Origin: a virus
Taxonomy: Duplodnaviria; Caudoviricetes
DNA: 52,184 nt
Reading direction: 5' to 3' (one strand)
Virus record (IMG/VR): IMGVR_UViG_3300017706_000575
Coordinates: 1 to 52,184 of that record
Of the stretch, positions 25,442 through 34,570 are shown piece by piece. Each line of letters opens with the position of its first letter. Position 1 is the stretch's first letter. The translations under genes and the position numbers were made by a program. Below the pieces are notes generated by a model, which saw nothing but the letters and a program-made list of their open reading frames with translations, had not been told where the DNA came from and did not search any database.

Positions 25442-25993
25442 ATGGCAGATAAACATATACTAAGTTTAGAAATACCCACTGTTTCAAACTGTGGGTTATT
25501 GTGTATTAAAGATACAAGTCAATATGCTTCAGAGTTAGATGTAGATTGTGAAGAATTATTAATTACTTTACCAGGATACTCAGTTCCTGTATTAATTAAA
25601 GTTGATAAAAACTTTGATTTTTGTTTAACTGCATGTGCGTTAGGATCTCAAAAAACAGATTGCGGAAAAACTCAACAAAATATACCTGATGGTATTTATA
25701 TTATAAGATATAGTGTATCACCTAATTCAAAAGTATATGTTGAATATAACCATTTAAGAGTAACAAGTTTACTTAAAAAGTACTATGATGTACTATGTGG
25801 TTTAAATATTCAAGCTTGCCAACCGGAAGCTAAGAAACAAGCCTTATTAGATGAGATGGGTTTTATTAGAACTTTAATTGATGCTGCTGTAGCAAATGCT
25901 GAATACTGTTCTTCATCTGCTCAGGCAATGCAATTATATAATTATGCTAAACAAAGATTAAATAAAATAAATTGTCCAACGGGACATTGTTGA
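25442..25993 (+). CDS. Cys-rich putative virion protein
   Basis: IKDTSQY, LLITLPG, IPDGIYIIRYSVSP pattern; position. Confidence 0.6.
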   Translation: MADKHILSLEIPTVSNCGLLCIKDTSQYASELDVDCEELLITLPGYSVPVLIKVDKNFDFCLTACALGSQKTDCGKTQQNIPDGIYIIRYSVSPNSKVYVEYNHLRVTSLLKKYYDVLCGLNIQACQPEAKKQALLDEMGFIRTLIDAAVANAEYCSSSAQAMQLYNYAKQRLNKINCPTGHC

Positions 25994-26020
25994 TAATAAA
26001 GCTTAAACCAATAGAGTAAT

Positions 26021-26215
26021 ATGAACTGTGCTAATTGTAATAAAGGATTTAGTTGTGGATGTCAAAAGATGACTGTAGATGGAGTAACTATTCACAAAAC
26101 ATGTCAGAATGAGTGGAATAATAAAAAACTATCTAATCAAAGTGAACAAGCACCTAAACAAGATTTGAATTTGCAGTTAGCTGCAGATCAAATTAAAAAT
26201 TTAAGAAACAAATAA
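26021..26215 (+). CDS. small Zn-finger-like protein
   Basis: MNCANCNKGFSCGCQK...HKTC. Confidence 0.65.
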   Translation: MNCANCNKGFSCGCQKMTVDGVTIHKTCQNEWNNKKLSNQSEQAPKQDLNLQLAADQIKNLRNK

Positions 26216-26216
26216 A

Positions 26217-26759
26217 ATGAGTATAGTAAAAACATCAAACACAGCTTATCAAGAAGATCAATGTATTATTGAAAAAATTAACATTGAACAAAATTTTGCT
26301 CAGCAAGTGTATGTTGTTTTTAGAGAAATAAAATTTGGAATAACACCTTGTTGCTATAGTGACTATGAAGATGCTGTTATTAATAAAGCACTTTCTGATT
26401 GGAGATATGCTAAATCACATAAAACAATCTTATGTATTGAAAAAGCAGGAGAGTTTGTAAAACCTTTAGCACCAATAAATAAAGAAGCAAGCATGGATTG
26501 TCCTCCTAATCCATCTAATGTATGTACAATAGAAGATATATGTTCTTTAAGAAGTTCAGCAGCAACATATACTCAATGTTTTGAGTCTGCTTTATCTACC
26601 TGGGTCATAACACATAATTTAGGTAAGTTTCCTTCTATAACAATAGTTGATGTAAACAATGAAATAGTAGTGGGAGATGTAGATTACACAACCTCAAATA
26701 TAATAACAGTAACATTTAACAATCCGTTTGCGGGTTGTGCATTTTTAAATTCAAAATAA
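26217..26759 (+). CDS. tail-fibre-associated protein
   Basis: C-terminal WVITHNLGKFPSITIVD..VGDVDY....ITVTF..PFAG.A.LN module typical of phage fibre proteins. Confidence 0.65.
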   Translation: MSIVKTSNTAYQEDQCIIEKINIEQNFAQQVYVVFREIKFGITPCCYSDYEDAVINKALSDWRYAKSHKTILCIEKAGEFVKPLAPINKEASMDCPPNPSNVCTIEDICSLRSSAATYTQCFESALSTWVITHNLGKFPSITIVDVNNEIVVGDVDYTTSNIITVTFNNPFAGCAFLNSK

Positions 26760-26785
26760 TAAACAATAAAAAAAAAAGATAAACA

Positions 26786-29179
26786 ATGGCAATTAAGTAT
26801 TTAGTGGGTTTAGACATTGATGGAAACATTGATTTAAACTCAAATCAAATTAAGGAGGTTCGTATTGACAACCTTGCCTCTGATCCCACTGGATCACTTG
26901 GTAGAATATATTACAATACGGGTGCAAATGTATTAAAATTTTATAACGGAACTGCTTGGGTGCCTTTATCTACTGCTGTAGATACAAACACTACTTATGA
27001 TTTATCAGGTGTTGGTTCATCAAATGGAACAGCAGGTGTAAGACTTGCAGGTTCAGATGGAACCAATGATGATGTATTAGTAGTTGGTGCTGGTACAGTA
27101 GGAGTAACAAGGAGTGGTAATACACTTACAGTTACAGGAACTGACTCTGCAGTTGGTACAGTTACAGATGTATCAGGTGGAACAGGAATTACTATAACAG
27201 GAACATCTACAGTTACCCCAACAGTTAATATTGATACTGTAGGTACAGATAACGCAATTGAAGTATTAGTTGCAGCAGATCCAGTAGGAGCTGATTATGT
27301 ATGGTTTTCAGATGTAAGTGATTCAAATACATTAAGAAAATCACTTATATCTAATATGCCAGGTTTTGGTAAAGACGGTACAGTAACTTCTGTAGATTCT
27401 GGAGCTGGTTTAACAGGTGGTGCTATCACAGCAACTGGTACAATATCTGTAGATTATGTAGGTGCAGATAACGTAGTATTAGCTGCGTCTGATGGTACAG
27501 GAATATCCGTAGTAGCAGGAGATAGAATACTTGTTTCTGATTCTAGTGACAGCAATGCTAAATATGTAAATATTTCACAGATTACTGCTGCAATTGGTGG
27601 TGGTACTGTAACTTCTATTGATGTAAGTGGTGGAACAACTGGATTAACTACTTCAGGTGGGCCAGTTACTGCTTCAGGTACAATAACGTTAGCTGGTACA
27701 TTAGCTGCTGCAAATGGTGGTACCGGACAATCAAGTTACACAGTAGGTGATATACTATATGCATCAGGAACAGGTGCGTTATCTAAATTAGGAATTGGAA
27801 CAGCAGGGCAAGTATTAAAAGTAGCGGGTGGTATTCCATCTTGGGCTACAGATGCTAATGCAGGTGGAACAGTAACAAGTATTGGTATTACTGAAACAGG
27901 TACAGCATTAGCAATTACAGGTTCTCCAGTTACAACATCTGGTGATATTAACATTGCAGGTGCAGGAACATCTTCTCAAGTAATATTAGGAGATTTATCT
28001 TTAGGTACTTTTACAAGTGGTACAGTAACTAGTGTTACTGCATCTAATGGGGCTAAAGTAACAGGTACAGCAACGACAGTTCCTAATGTAGAAGTTGATT
28101 ATTCTGCAACTGGTGTTGTTGATTCAGCAGCTGGAATGAGCGGTAATGCTGAAGCTGATGATAAAATTTTGTTAGCAGATGATAGTGCATCTGGCGTGGT
28201 TGTTAAAGCACCATTGTTAGATATTCCATTAAATGTATTAGGAGCACCTATTGCGGATTTATCTATAGGTTCACAAAAATTGACTAGTGTTGCAACAGGT
28301 ACTGCAGGTACAGATGGTGTTAATTTAGCACAAGTACAAGCAATAGCAGCCGGTGTTGGTGTATTCCAAGGAGGTTATAACGCAACAACAAACTCTCCTG
28401 CATTGACAGGAGCAAGTAACGTTGCTTTAGTACAAGGTGATTTCTATGTAGTTACTGTTGATGGTACATTCTTTACAGAAACTGTAGAGGTTGGAGATTT
28501 GATATTTGCTAATGGAACAATTGCAGCTGGGTCAAGTCCAGTGATTGGAGATTACACTGTTGTTATTTCAGATGCTAACATTGCAGGTGTAGGTGCTACA
28601 GATGGAGCAACTGAAAAAGGTGTTGCTGGATTTAGTAGTGCAACTTTTGCTGGTACAGCAAATGGATTCATTACTGTTAAAGCAGGCGGAATTAGTGATG
28701 CTCAGTTAGCAAGTACATTTAACAAGATTATTGGTACTGATACAGATCTTGATACAAGTGGTGTAGATGTAGTTGATCAGATTAATGTTACTGATGGTGT
28801 TATTACATCAATGAGTAAAAGAACATTACCTAATGCTGCAACAGGATCAGTTGGTGTTACAGAGATAGCAACACAAGCTGAGGTTGACGCAGGAACAGAT
28901 ACATTTAGATATGTAACTCCAGCAACATTAAAAAGTGCTCAATCTAAAAGATCATATACAGGCACATGGCCTACAACAGATGCGTCTAGTTGGGTTATTG
29001 ATTTAGGTACTCACTTGTTAGCTACTGGACCTTACATTATACAAACATATGATGTTGATACTTTTGATCAAGTATTTTTAGATGTTAACGCAAATACTAC
29101 TAGTGGAGATGTTACTTTTACAGCATCAAATACAATAACTGCAGGTACAATACGTGTAAATATTATATTGGTTGATTAA
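26786..29179 (+). CDS. tail fibre protein
   Basis: 797 aa, Gly/Thr/Ser/Val-rich; repeated GTVTSV/GTVTSI..G motifs; GRIYYNT..LKFYNGTAW; IATQAEVDAGTD..VTPATL. Confidence 0.8.
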   Translation: MAIKYLVGLDIDGNIDLNSNQIKEVRIDNLASDPTGSLGRIYYNTGANVLKFYNGTAWVPLSTAVDTNTTYDLSGVGSSNGTAGVRLAGSDGTNDDVLVVGAGTVGVTRSGNTLTVTGTDSAVGTVTDVSGGTGITITGTSTVTPTVNIDTVGTDNAIEVLVAADPVGADYVWFSDVSDSNTLRKSLISNMPGFGKDGTVTSVDSGAGLTGGAITATGTISVDYVGADNVVLAASDGTGISVVAGDRILVSDSSDSNAKYVNISQITAAIGGGTVTSIDVSGGTTGLTTSGGPVTASGTITLAGTLAAANGGTGQSSYTVGDILYASGTGALSKLGIGTAGQVLKVAGGIPSWATDANAGGTVTSIGITETGTALAITGSPVTTSGDINIAGAGTSSQVILGDLSLGTFTSGTVTSVTASNGAKVTGTATTVPNVEVDYSATGVVDSAAGMSGNAEADDKILLADDSASGVVVKAPLLDIPLNVLGAPIADLSIGSQKLTSVATGTAGTDGVNLAQVQAIAAGVGVFQGGYNATTNSPALTGASNVALVQGDFYVVTVDGTFFTETVEVGDLIFANGTIAAGSSPVIGDYTVVISDANIAGVGATDGATEKGVAGFSSATFAGTANGFITVKAGGISDAQLASTFNKIIGTDTDLDTSGVDVVDQINVTDGVITSMSKRTLPNAATGSVGVTEIATQAEVDAGTDTFRYVTPATLKSAQSKRSYTGTWPTTDASSWVIDLGTHLLATGPYIIQTYDVDTFDQVFLDVNANTTSGDVTFTASNTITAGTIRVNIILVD

Positions 29180-29194
29180 TAATAATTAAAATTT

Positions 29195-29238
29195 AAAGGG
29201 GAATTTTGAATTTTGATATTTAAGATTCCCCTTTTTTT
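29195..29238 (+). terminator. intrinsic terminator
   Basis: AAAGGGGAAT...ATTCCCCTTT followed by T-run. Confidence 0.75.
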
Positions 29239-29272
29239 AAAATGTATTATATTTACACATTTATAAATTAGG

Positions 29273-32200
29273 ATGGCAAAGATATTAAATGACTTAGAAG
29301 TTACAGGATCAATTGAGGTAGATACATTAGTAAATGCTGCATCTAACACAAATGCATTTTTAGTATCTGATGGCGGTCTAGTTAAGTTTCGTACAGGTAC
29401 ACAATTGAGATCAGATATTGGAGCTGGAACAGGAAGCGGAAGTGTGACATCTGTAACAGTAACTGGATCAAGTGGTTTATCTGGCACAGGTACAGTTACA
29501 TCTTCAGGAACAATTACTTTATCAAATTCTGATAAAGGTTCTTCCCAGGCAATTTATAAAAATGTAGTGGCTGATTCCGGTGGAACAGCAACTGCTAATA
29601 GCAATAATGATTCTATTACTATAGCAGGTGGTAGTAATGTTAGCACAGTTAGAAGTGGTGATACTATTACAATTAATGCTACAGATACAACAACAAATAA
29701 TTACGTTAGTTCTGTAAGTTTTAATACTACAAATGGAATATTAACATTAAACCGTTCAGGTCTTAGTGCGCTAACAGTTGATCTTGATGGTAGATATGTT
29801 ACAAGCTCAGGTGTTACTTCTATAGCTACTACAAACGGTATTACAGGTGGTACAATAACAGGATCAGGAACTATTCAATTAGACAGTACAGTAGTAAGAA
29901 CTACAGGTTCACAAAGCATAGCAGGAGCTAAAACATTTACTAATAATTTAGAAATTGGAGGTACTACTGGATCTACTGGTAATGCTTTTGTTGTAAATAG
30001 AGGTAGTGATGGAGCTAGTGCTTTAACAGTACAAAACTCAGGTGAAGTTGTAATACCAAGTAATTATTTATATGCAAGTGCCAGTGGAACATCAATATAT
30101 GTACAGAACACAGCTGTTTTTAGAGGAGCTATTATAAATGACGTTGCAGGAGCAGGTGTAAATATTGCTGATGATTTATCAATTAATAATGACTTAATAG
30201 TATCTGGTGGAGATATTACATTAGGAGGCACCGGTAGAATACAAGGTGTTGATACAGTTTCATCTGGAACAGATGCAGCTAATAAAACTTATGTAGATAA
30301 TGCTGTTGCTGGTGTGCCACAAGGGGATATAACAGCAGTAGTGGCAGGAACAGGACTAAGTGGAGGAGGTACTTCAGGTAGTGTAACATTAAACAATACT
30401 ATTACTAACAATAACCAATTAACAAATGGTGAGGGATACACTACTTTTGCAGAACCTGGTATATTTAGTGGAGGTGGTACACCTACATTAGCTAGTGGAG
30501 TAACTGCGGCTGAAGTTAGATCTTTAATTGGAGCTGGAACATCAAGTTCTTCTGGCGTAACAAGTGTTGCTACATCAGGATCAGTAAATGGTTTAACATT
30601 AACGGGTGGAACAATTACATCAACTGGTACTATAACATTAGGTGGTACACTTGCAATTAGCAATAGTGATTGGTCAGGGACTGATTTATCAATTGCCAAT
30701 GGTGGTACAGGAGCTAGTACAGCTTCACAGGCTAGAACTAACTTGGGAGTTGTTAATGATACTGGAACACCAGCAATTCTTTCAAATGGAAGTACACCAT
30801 CTTTAAATTCAGGTATATCTGCGGCAGAGGTAAGAACTCTAATTGGTGCAGGTACAAGTTCATCAACAGGTACAGTTACATCTGTTGCAGCTTCTATTGA
30901 TGGTGATGGATTAACTTTAAGTGGAACTCCTATTACTAGTAGTGGTACTTTAGCTTTTTTATGGGCAGGTGGCTCTACTGATTACATTAATGGTCAAGGT
31001 GATATTACATCTTTTCCAAGCATACCACAAGGAGACATAACAGCAGTAGTAGCTGGTACAGGGATGTCTGGTGGTGGAACAAGTGGTTCTGTTACATTAA
31101 ATTGTACTGTAGTTGGTGACACAGGTGTTCCAGCTATATTATCAAATGGTACTACACCTAGTTTAAATAGTGGTATTTCAGCTGCTGAAGTTAGAACTTT
31201 AATAGGTGCAGGGACAAGTTCAAGTGCTGGTGTTACATCTGTTGCTACATCAGGTAGTGTAAATGGATTAACGTTAACTGGAGGTACGATAACATCTACA
31301 GGTACAATAACCCTTGGAGGTACATTATCAATTAATAATGGTGACTGGTCTGGAACAGACTTATCAGTTGCTAACGGTGGTACTGGTTCAAGCACAGCAT
31401 CTGGTGCAAGAAGTAACTTAGGTGTCGTTAATGATACAGGTACACCTGCAATATTAAGCAATGGTACAACACCAACATTAAATTCAGGTATTAGTGCTTC
31501 TGAAGTAAGGACTTTAATTGGAGCAGGTACAAGCTCTAGTACGGGTACAGTGACTTCTGTTGCAACAGGAGGAGGTTTAGATGGAGGTACTATAACATCT
31601 AGTGGAACATTAGAAGTAGAATATGATAGTGTAGCCACAAATGTATTATTTTCAGGTTTTAATTTTACTGGAGCTCAAAATCCAGAAAACTTTTTGATGG
31701 TTAGTGACACGGGAATAAACCCGTCAAGAGTTGGTTATTGTCAAATTCAAGATTTACCATTTACATCCAATGTTGGTGATATAACAGCAGTAACTGCTGG
31801 TACAAATCTTACTGGAGGTGGTTCATCAGGAAGTGTAACAATAAATATGGCAACTGGAGGAGTTGGAGCTGGAACATATGGCTCTACATCCAACAGCACA
31901 AAGATAGATAATATAGTAGTTGATGCATATGGTAGAATAACTAGTGTAACTACAGGTGCAACTGGTGCTGGAGACATTACAGCAGTAACTGCTGGCGATG
32001 GATTAACTGGGGGTGGCACAAGTGGTGCAGTAACACTAAATGTAGATTATGTAGGATCTGATAACATTATTTTAGATTCACCAACTTCTGCAACTGGAAC
32101 TTTATCTACATCAGATAACATATTAGTTAGCAATGGTTCAAATAATGCTGTTAAAGCATCTATAAGTCTTTTACCATTTACAAATAATTCAGGTGATATT

Positions 32201-33118
32201 ACAAATGTCACTGCTGGTACCGGAATGTCAGGTGGTGGTAGTTCAGGTTCAGTAACTTTGAACTGTACTATTACTAATAATAATCAGTTAACTAACGGAG
32301 CTGGTTATACAACTAATGTAGGAACTTTAACTGGCGTAGTTGCTGGTAATGCTATTAAAGGTGGAGGAACTTCAGGTTCACCTACTCTATCTCTTGACTA
32401 TACTACTGCTAGTTCTAATGTGGTTATGGGTTGCCCAACACAGGGAGTCCCAGATTCAGATGATTATTTACTATATGGTGCTGATTCTTCAGCATCTGGT
32501 GAAACAATCGTAGCACAGTTTACAGATATACCTTTAAATGTATTTGATAAATATGTAGATACTCTTTCTTTAGCTGGTAATATAGTTCATACAGGTGACA
32601 CAAATACTTATTTTGGATTTCATGCATCAGACCAGTGGAGAGTTGTTACAGGCGGTACTGAAAGATTTGAAGTAAATAATTCTCAAGTTTATGCTACTAG
32701 AGAAATCAGATGTACACAAGATATTATTGCATTTTATTCTGATGAAAGATTAAAGGAAAAGCTGGGTAGTATTGAATCCCCATTAGATAAGATATCTAAG
32801 TTGGATGCATTCTATTATTCAAATAATGATTTAGCAAAAGAAAAAGGATTTGAAGATAATAAGAAACAAATAGGTTTATCTGCTCAGCAAGTAAAAGAAG
32901 TATTACCAGAAGTTGTTCATTCAGCACCATTTGATACTGATTTTGATGAGGATGGTAATATGTTCTCTACATCAGGTGAAGATTATTTAACTCTTAAATA
33001 TGATAGATTAGTACCACTGTTAGTTGAAGGTATTAAAGAACAAACTGAAATTGTAAAAACTCAGCAAAAAGAAATAGATGAGTTAAAAGAAATGGTCAAA
33101 CTTTTATTAAATAAATAA
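29273..33118 (+). CDS. long tail fibre with C-terminal intramolecular chaperone (peptidase S74)
   Basis: 1281 aa with internal repeats; AFYSDERLKE, IGLSAQQVKEVLPEVV, YDRLVPLLVEGIKE plus terminal coiled coil. Confidence 0.88.
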   Translation: MAKILNDLEVTGSIEVDTLVNAASNTNAFLVSDGGLVKFRTGTQLRSDIGAGTGSGSVTSVTVTGSSGLSGTGTVTSSGTITLSNSDKGSSQAIYKNVVADSGGTATANSNNDSITIAGGSNVSTVRSGDTITINATDTTTNNYVSSVSFNTTNGILTLNRSGLSALTVDLDGRYVTSSGVTSIATTNGITGGTITGSGTIQLDSTVVRTTGSQSIAGAKTFTNNLEIGGTTGSTGNAFVVNRGSDGASALTVQNSGEVVIPSNYLYASASGTSIYVQNTAVFRGAIINDVAGAGVNIADDLSINNDLIVSGGDITLGGTGRIQGVDTVSSGTDAANKTYVDNAVAGVPQGDITAVVAGTGLSGGGTSGSVTLNNTITNNNQLTNGEGYTTFAEPGIFSGGGTPTLASGVTAAEVRSLIGAGTSSSSGVTSVATSGSVNGLTLTGGTITSTGTITLGGTLAISNSDWSGTDLSIANGGTGASTASQARTNLGVVNDTGTPAILSNGSTPSLNSGISAAEVRTLIGAGTSSSTGTVTSVAASIDGDGLTLSGTPITSSGTLAFLWAGGSTDYINGQGDITSFPSIPQGDITAVVAGTGMSGGGTSGSVTLNCTVVGDTGVPAILSNGTTPSLNSGISAAEVRTLIGAGTSSSAGVTSVATSGSVNGLTLTGGTITSTGTITLGGTLSINNGDWSGTDLSVANGGTGSSTASGARSNLGVVNDTGTPAILSNGTTPTLNSGISASEVRTLIGAGTSSSTGTVTSVATGGGLDGGTITSSGTLEVEYDSVATNVLFSGFNFTGAQNPENFLMVSDTGINPSRVGYCQIQDLPFTSNVGDITAVTAGTNLTGGGSSGSVTINMATGGVGAGTYGSTSNSTKIDNIVVDAYGRITSVTTGATGAGDITAVTAGDGLTGGGTSGAVTLNVDYVGSDNIILDSPTSATGTLSTSDNILVSNGSNNAVKASISLLPFTNNSGDITNVTAGTGMSGGGSSGSVTLNCTITNNNQLTNGAGYTTNVGTLTGVVAGNAIKGGGTSGSPTLSLDYTTASSNVVMGCPTQGVPDSDDYLLYGADSSASGETIVAQFTDIPLNVFDKYVDTLSLAGNIVHTGDTNTYFGFHASDQWRVVTGGTERFEVNNSQVYATREIRCTQDIIAFYSDERLKEKLGSIESPLDKISKLDAFYYSNNDLAKEKGFEDNKKQIGLSAQQVKEVLPEVVHSAPFDTDFDEDGNMFSTSGEDYLTLKYDRLVPLLVEGIKEQTEIVKTQQKEIDELKEMVKLLLNK
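30317..32395 (+). repeat. intragenic protein repeats in the tail fibre
   Basis: Six GDITAV.AG.G..GGG.SG.VTL-type units (~30317, 31025, 31772, 31967, 32189, 32318) and a ~112-aa duplication (30554-30889 vs 31229-31564). Confidence 0.85.
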
Positions 33119-33119
33119 A

Positions 33120-33596
33120 ATGGCAGTACCTACTTCAGGACCTTTAACATTAGAAGGATTAGCACAAGAGTGTTATTATGGTACTTATGGGAGCGGTATT
33201 ATAACAGATCCTATATACATAAGTGATTTGATTAATGGTGGTAATGCTGCCGGTTCAGGAATGGTGTATCCTCCAATAAATCAACAAAGCCCTCAATTTC
33301 CAGTAAACCCTACATTTAGTGAGTTTTATGGTTATGATTCAACTTATTCTCCTGTAACTACATTCCCTATAGTTTTATACTATGATCAATTTGATCCATT
33401 TGTAGCTTGTGCAAATCCTGGTAATCAACAAACTTATTACATAGATGCTCCTACTTTACAAGGTGCTACTCAGTTATGGGATAATTCTGGTGGAACCATA
33501 CCTTCACAACCTGGTTTTTATGCTCAAACAACAGGTAGACCAAGATACGTTGTAGAGTGGGATGGAATCCAGTTTATTTACAATGCCATTTGTTAA
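33120..33596 (+). CDS. fibre-tip / adhesin-like protein
   Basis: MAVPTSGPLTL...FSEFYGYD N-terminus typical of proteins that follow S74 fibres. Confidence 0.55.
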   Translation: MAVPTSGPLTLEGLAQECYYGTYGSGIITDPIYISDLINGGNAAGSGMVYPPINQQSPQFPVNPTFSEFYGYDSTYSPVTTFPIVLYYDQFDPFVACANPGNQQTYYIDAPTLQGATQLWDNSGGTIPSQPGFYAQTTGRPRYVVEWDGIQFIYNAIC

Positions 33597-33621
33597 GTTT
33601 AAAAATATAAAATAGAATATC

Positions 33622-34110
33622 ATGAATACTAAGAAAAAACCAATTGTAAAAAAGTCAAATACTTTAACTTTAAAATCTAATAAGGTTAAAAAATCTGTTA
33701 GCAAAAAGCAAGTTAAAAAGAAAACAACTAAACCTAAACCTAAAACTAAAGCTAAAGGTCCTATTATTATAAAGCCTGTTTTTAATGAGAAACCTATACA
33801 GTATATAGAGTATTCTTGGGATATTGAAAATATTGAAGTTTCAGAATCTAACACTATTATTAAAATCTTTTATATATACACCGGGATTAGCAAAAATTAT
33901 AAAGTTGAAAAATCTGCTTCATGCTCAGGGCTAATTGAAACGAAACATGATCCAACTAGTAAAGTAGAAACTTCTGATTATAAAAATTTGAAAAAACAAG
34001 ATTTAATTGGTTACATACAATCTTTTGTATCTTTAAGACAAGTACAACAGATGAAAAATATAATAGTTAATGAACTTGGTGATGGTAAAAAAATTATAAA
34101 ACCTTTTTAG
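33622..34110 (+). CDS. hypothetical protein with Lys-rich N-terminus (tail-fibre-assembly-like C-terminus)
   Basis: KKKTTKPKPKTKAK low-complexity region; YSWDIENIE...IFYIYTG module. Confidence 0.55.
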   Translation: MNTKKKPIVKKSNTLTLKSNKVKKSVSKKQVKKKTTKPKPKTKAKGPIIIKPVFNEKPIQYIEYSWDIENIEVSESNTIIKIFYIYTGISKNYKVEKSASCSGLIETKHDPTSKVETSDYKNLKKQDLIGYIQSFVSLRQVQQMKNIIVNELGDGKKIIKPF

Positions 34111-34128
34111 TTTTAGAATAATTAATCA

Positions 34129-34136
34129 TATATTTG
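34129..34136 (+). promoter_or_regulatory. Bacteroidota-type -7 element TATATTTG
   Basis: Intergenic, 23 nt upstream of ATG 34160. Confidence 0.5.
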
Positions 34137-34159
34137 TATAAATTAAAAAATCAAAGACA

Positions 34160-34435
34160 ATGGCAAAATCAAAAATGAGCAAAGTAGCAAAAGATGCAAA
34201 ACCTGTAGATAAAATTGCTGACAAGCAATTACAAGAACTAAAGGAACTTCAATTAAAGTTGAATAATATATTACTTAACTTAGGTAATGCTGAAGTAGCA
34301 AAACAATCTATGCTTACAGCACATATTGCATTAAAGTTGGAATGGGAAACTATGACAACATCACTTGAAGAAGAGTATGGTCAAGTTAATATTAGTCTAG
34401 AAGACGGTGCCATTTCACCAATAGAAGAAGAATAA
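34160..34435 (+). CDS. coiled-coil protein (fibre chaperone-like)
   Basis: Heptad pattern ending LEEEYGQVNISLEDGAI. Confidence 0.65.
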   Translation: MAKSKMSKVAKDAKPVDKIADKQLQELKELQLKLNNILLNLGNAEVAKQSMLTAHIALKLEWETMTTSLEEEYGQVNISLEDGAISPIEEE

Positions 34436-34471
34436 CAAACACTTCTTTTTTTTCATAATTGTTTTTCAAAG

Positions 34472-34512
34472 ATTTTTAAAACCTTTCTTCTTGTTTGGTT
34501 TTAAAAATTTTT
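34472..34512 (+). terminator. AT-rich hairpin or terminator abutting a late promoter
   Basis: Perfect 12-bp inverted repeat ATTTTTAAAACC/GGTTTTAAAAAT followed by T-run. Confidence 0.45.
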
Positions 34513-34529
34513 GTATATTATATATGTAT
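34510..34529 (+). promoter_or_regulatory. late-promoter motif TTTGTATATTA-N4-TGTA
   Basis: Exact TTTGTATATTA upstream of ATG 34571. Confidence 0.65.
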
Positions 34530-34570
34530 AGAGTGTAATAACCAGGTACATTATAGAAAAAAAAGCATTT

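Noticed and set aside
30317-32395. Diversity-generating retroelement template/variable repeat pair in the fibre
   Set aside because: Copies are both in-frame, differ at synonymous positions rather than specifically at adenines, and no reverse transcriptase is in the window
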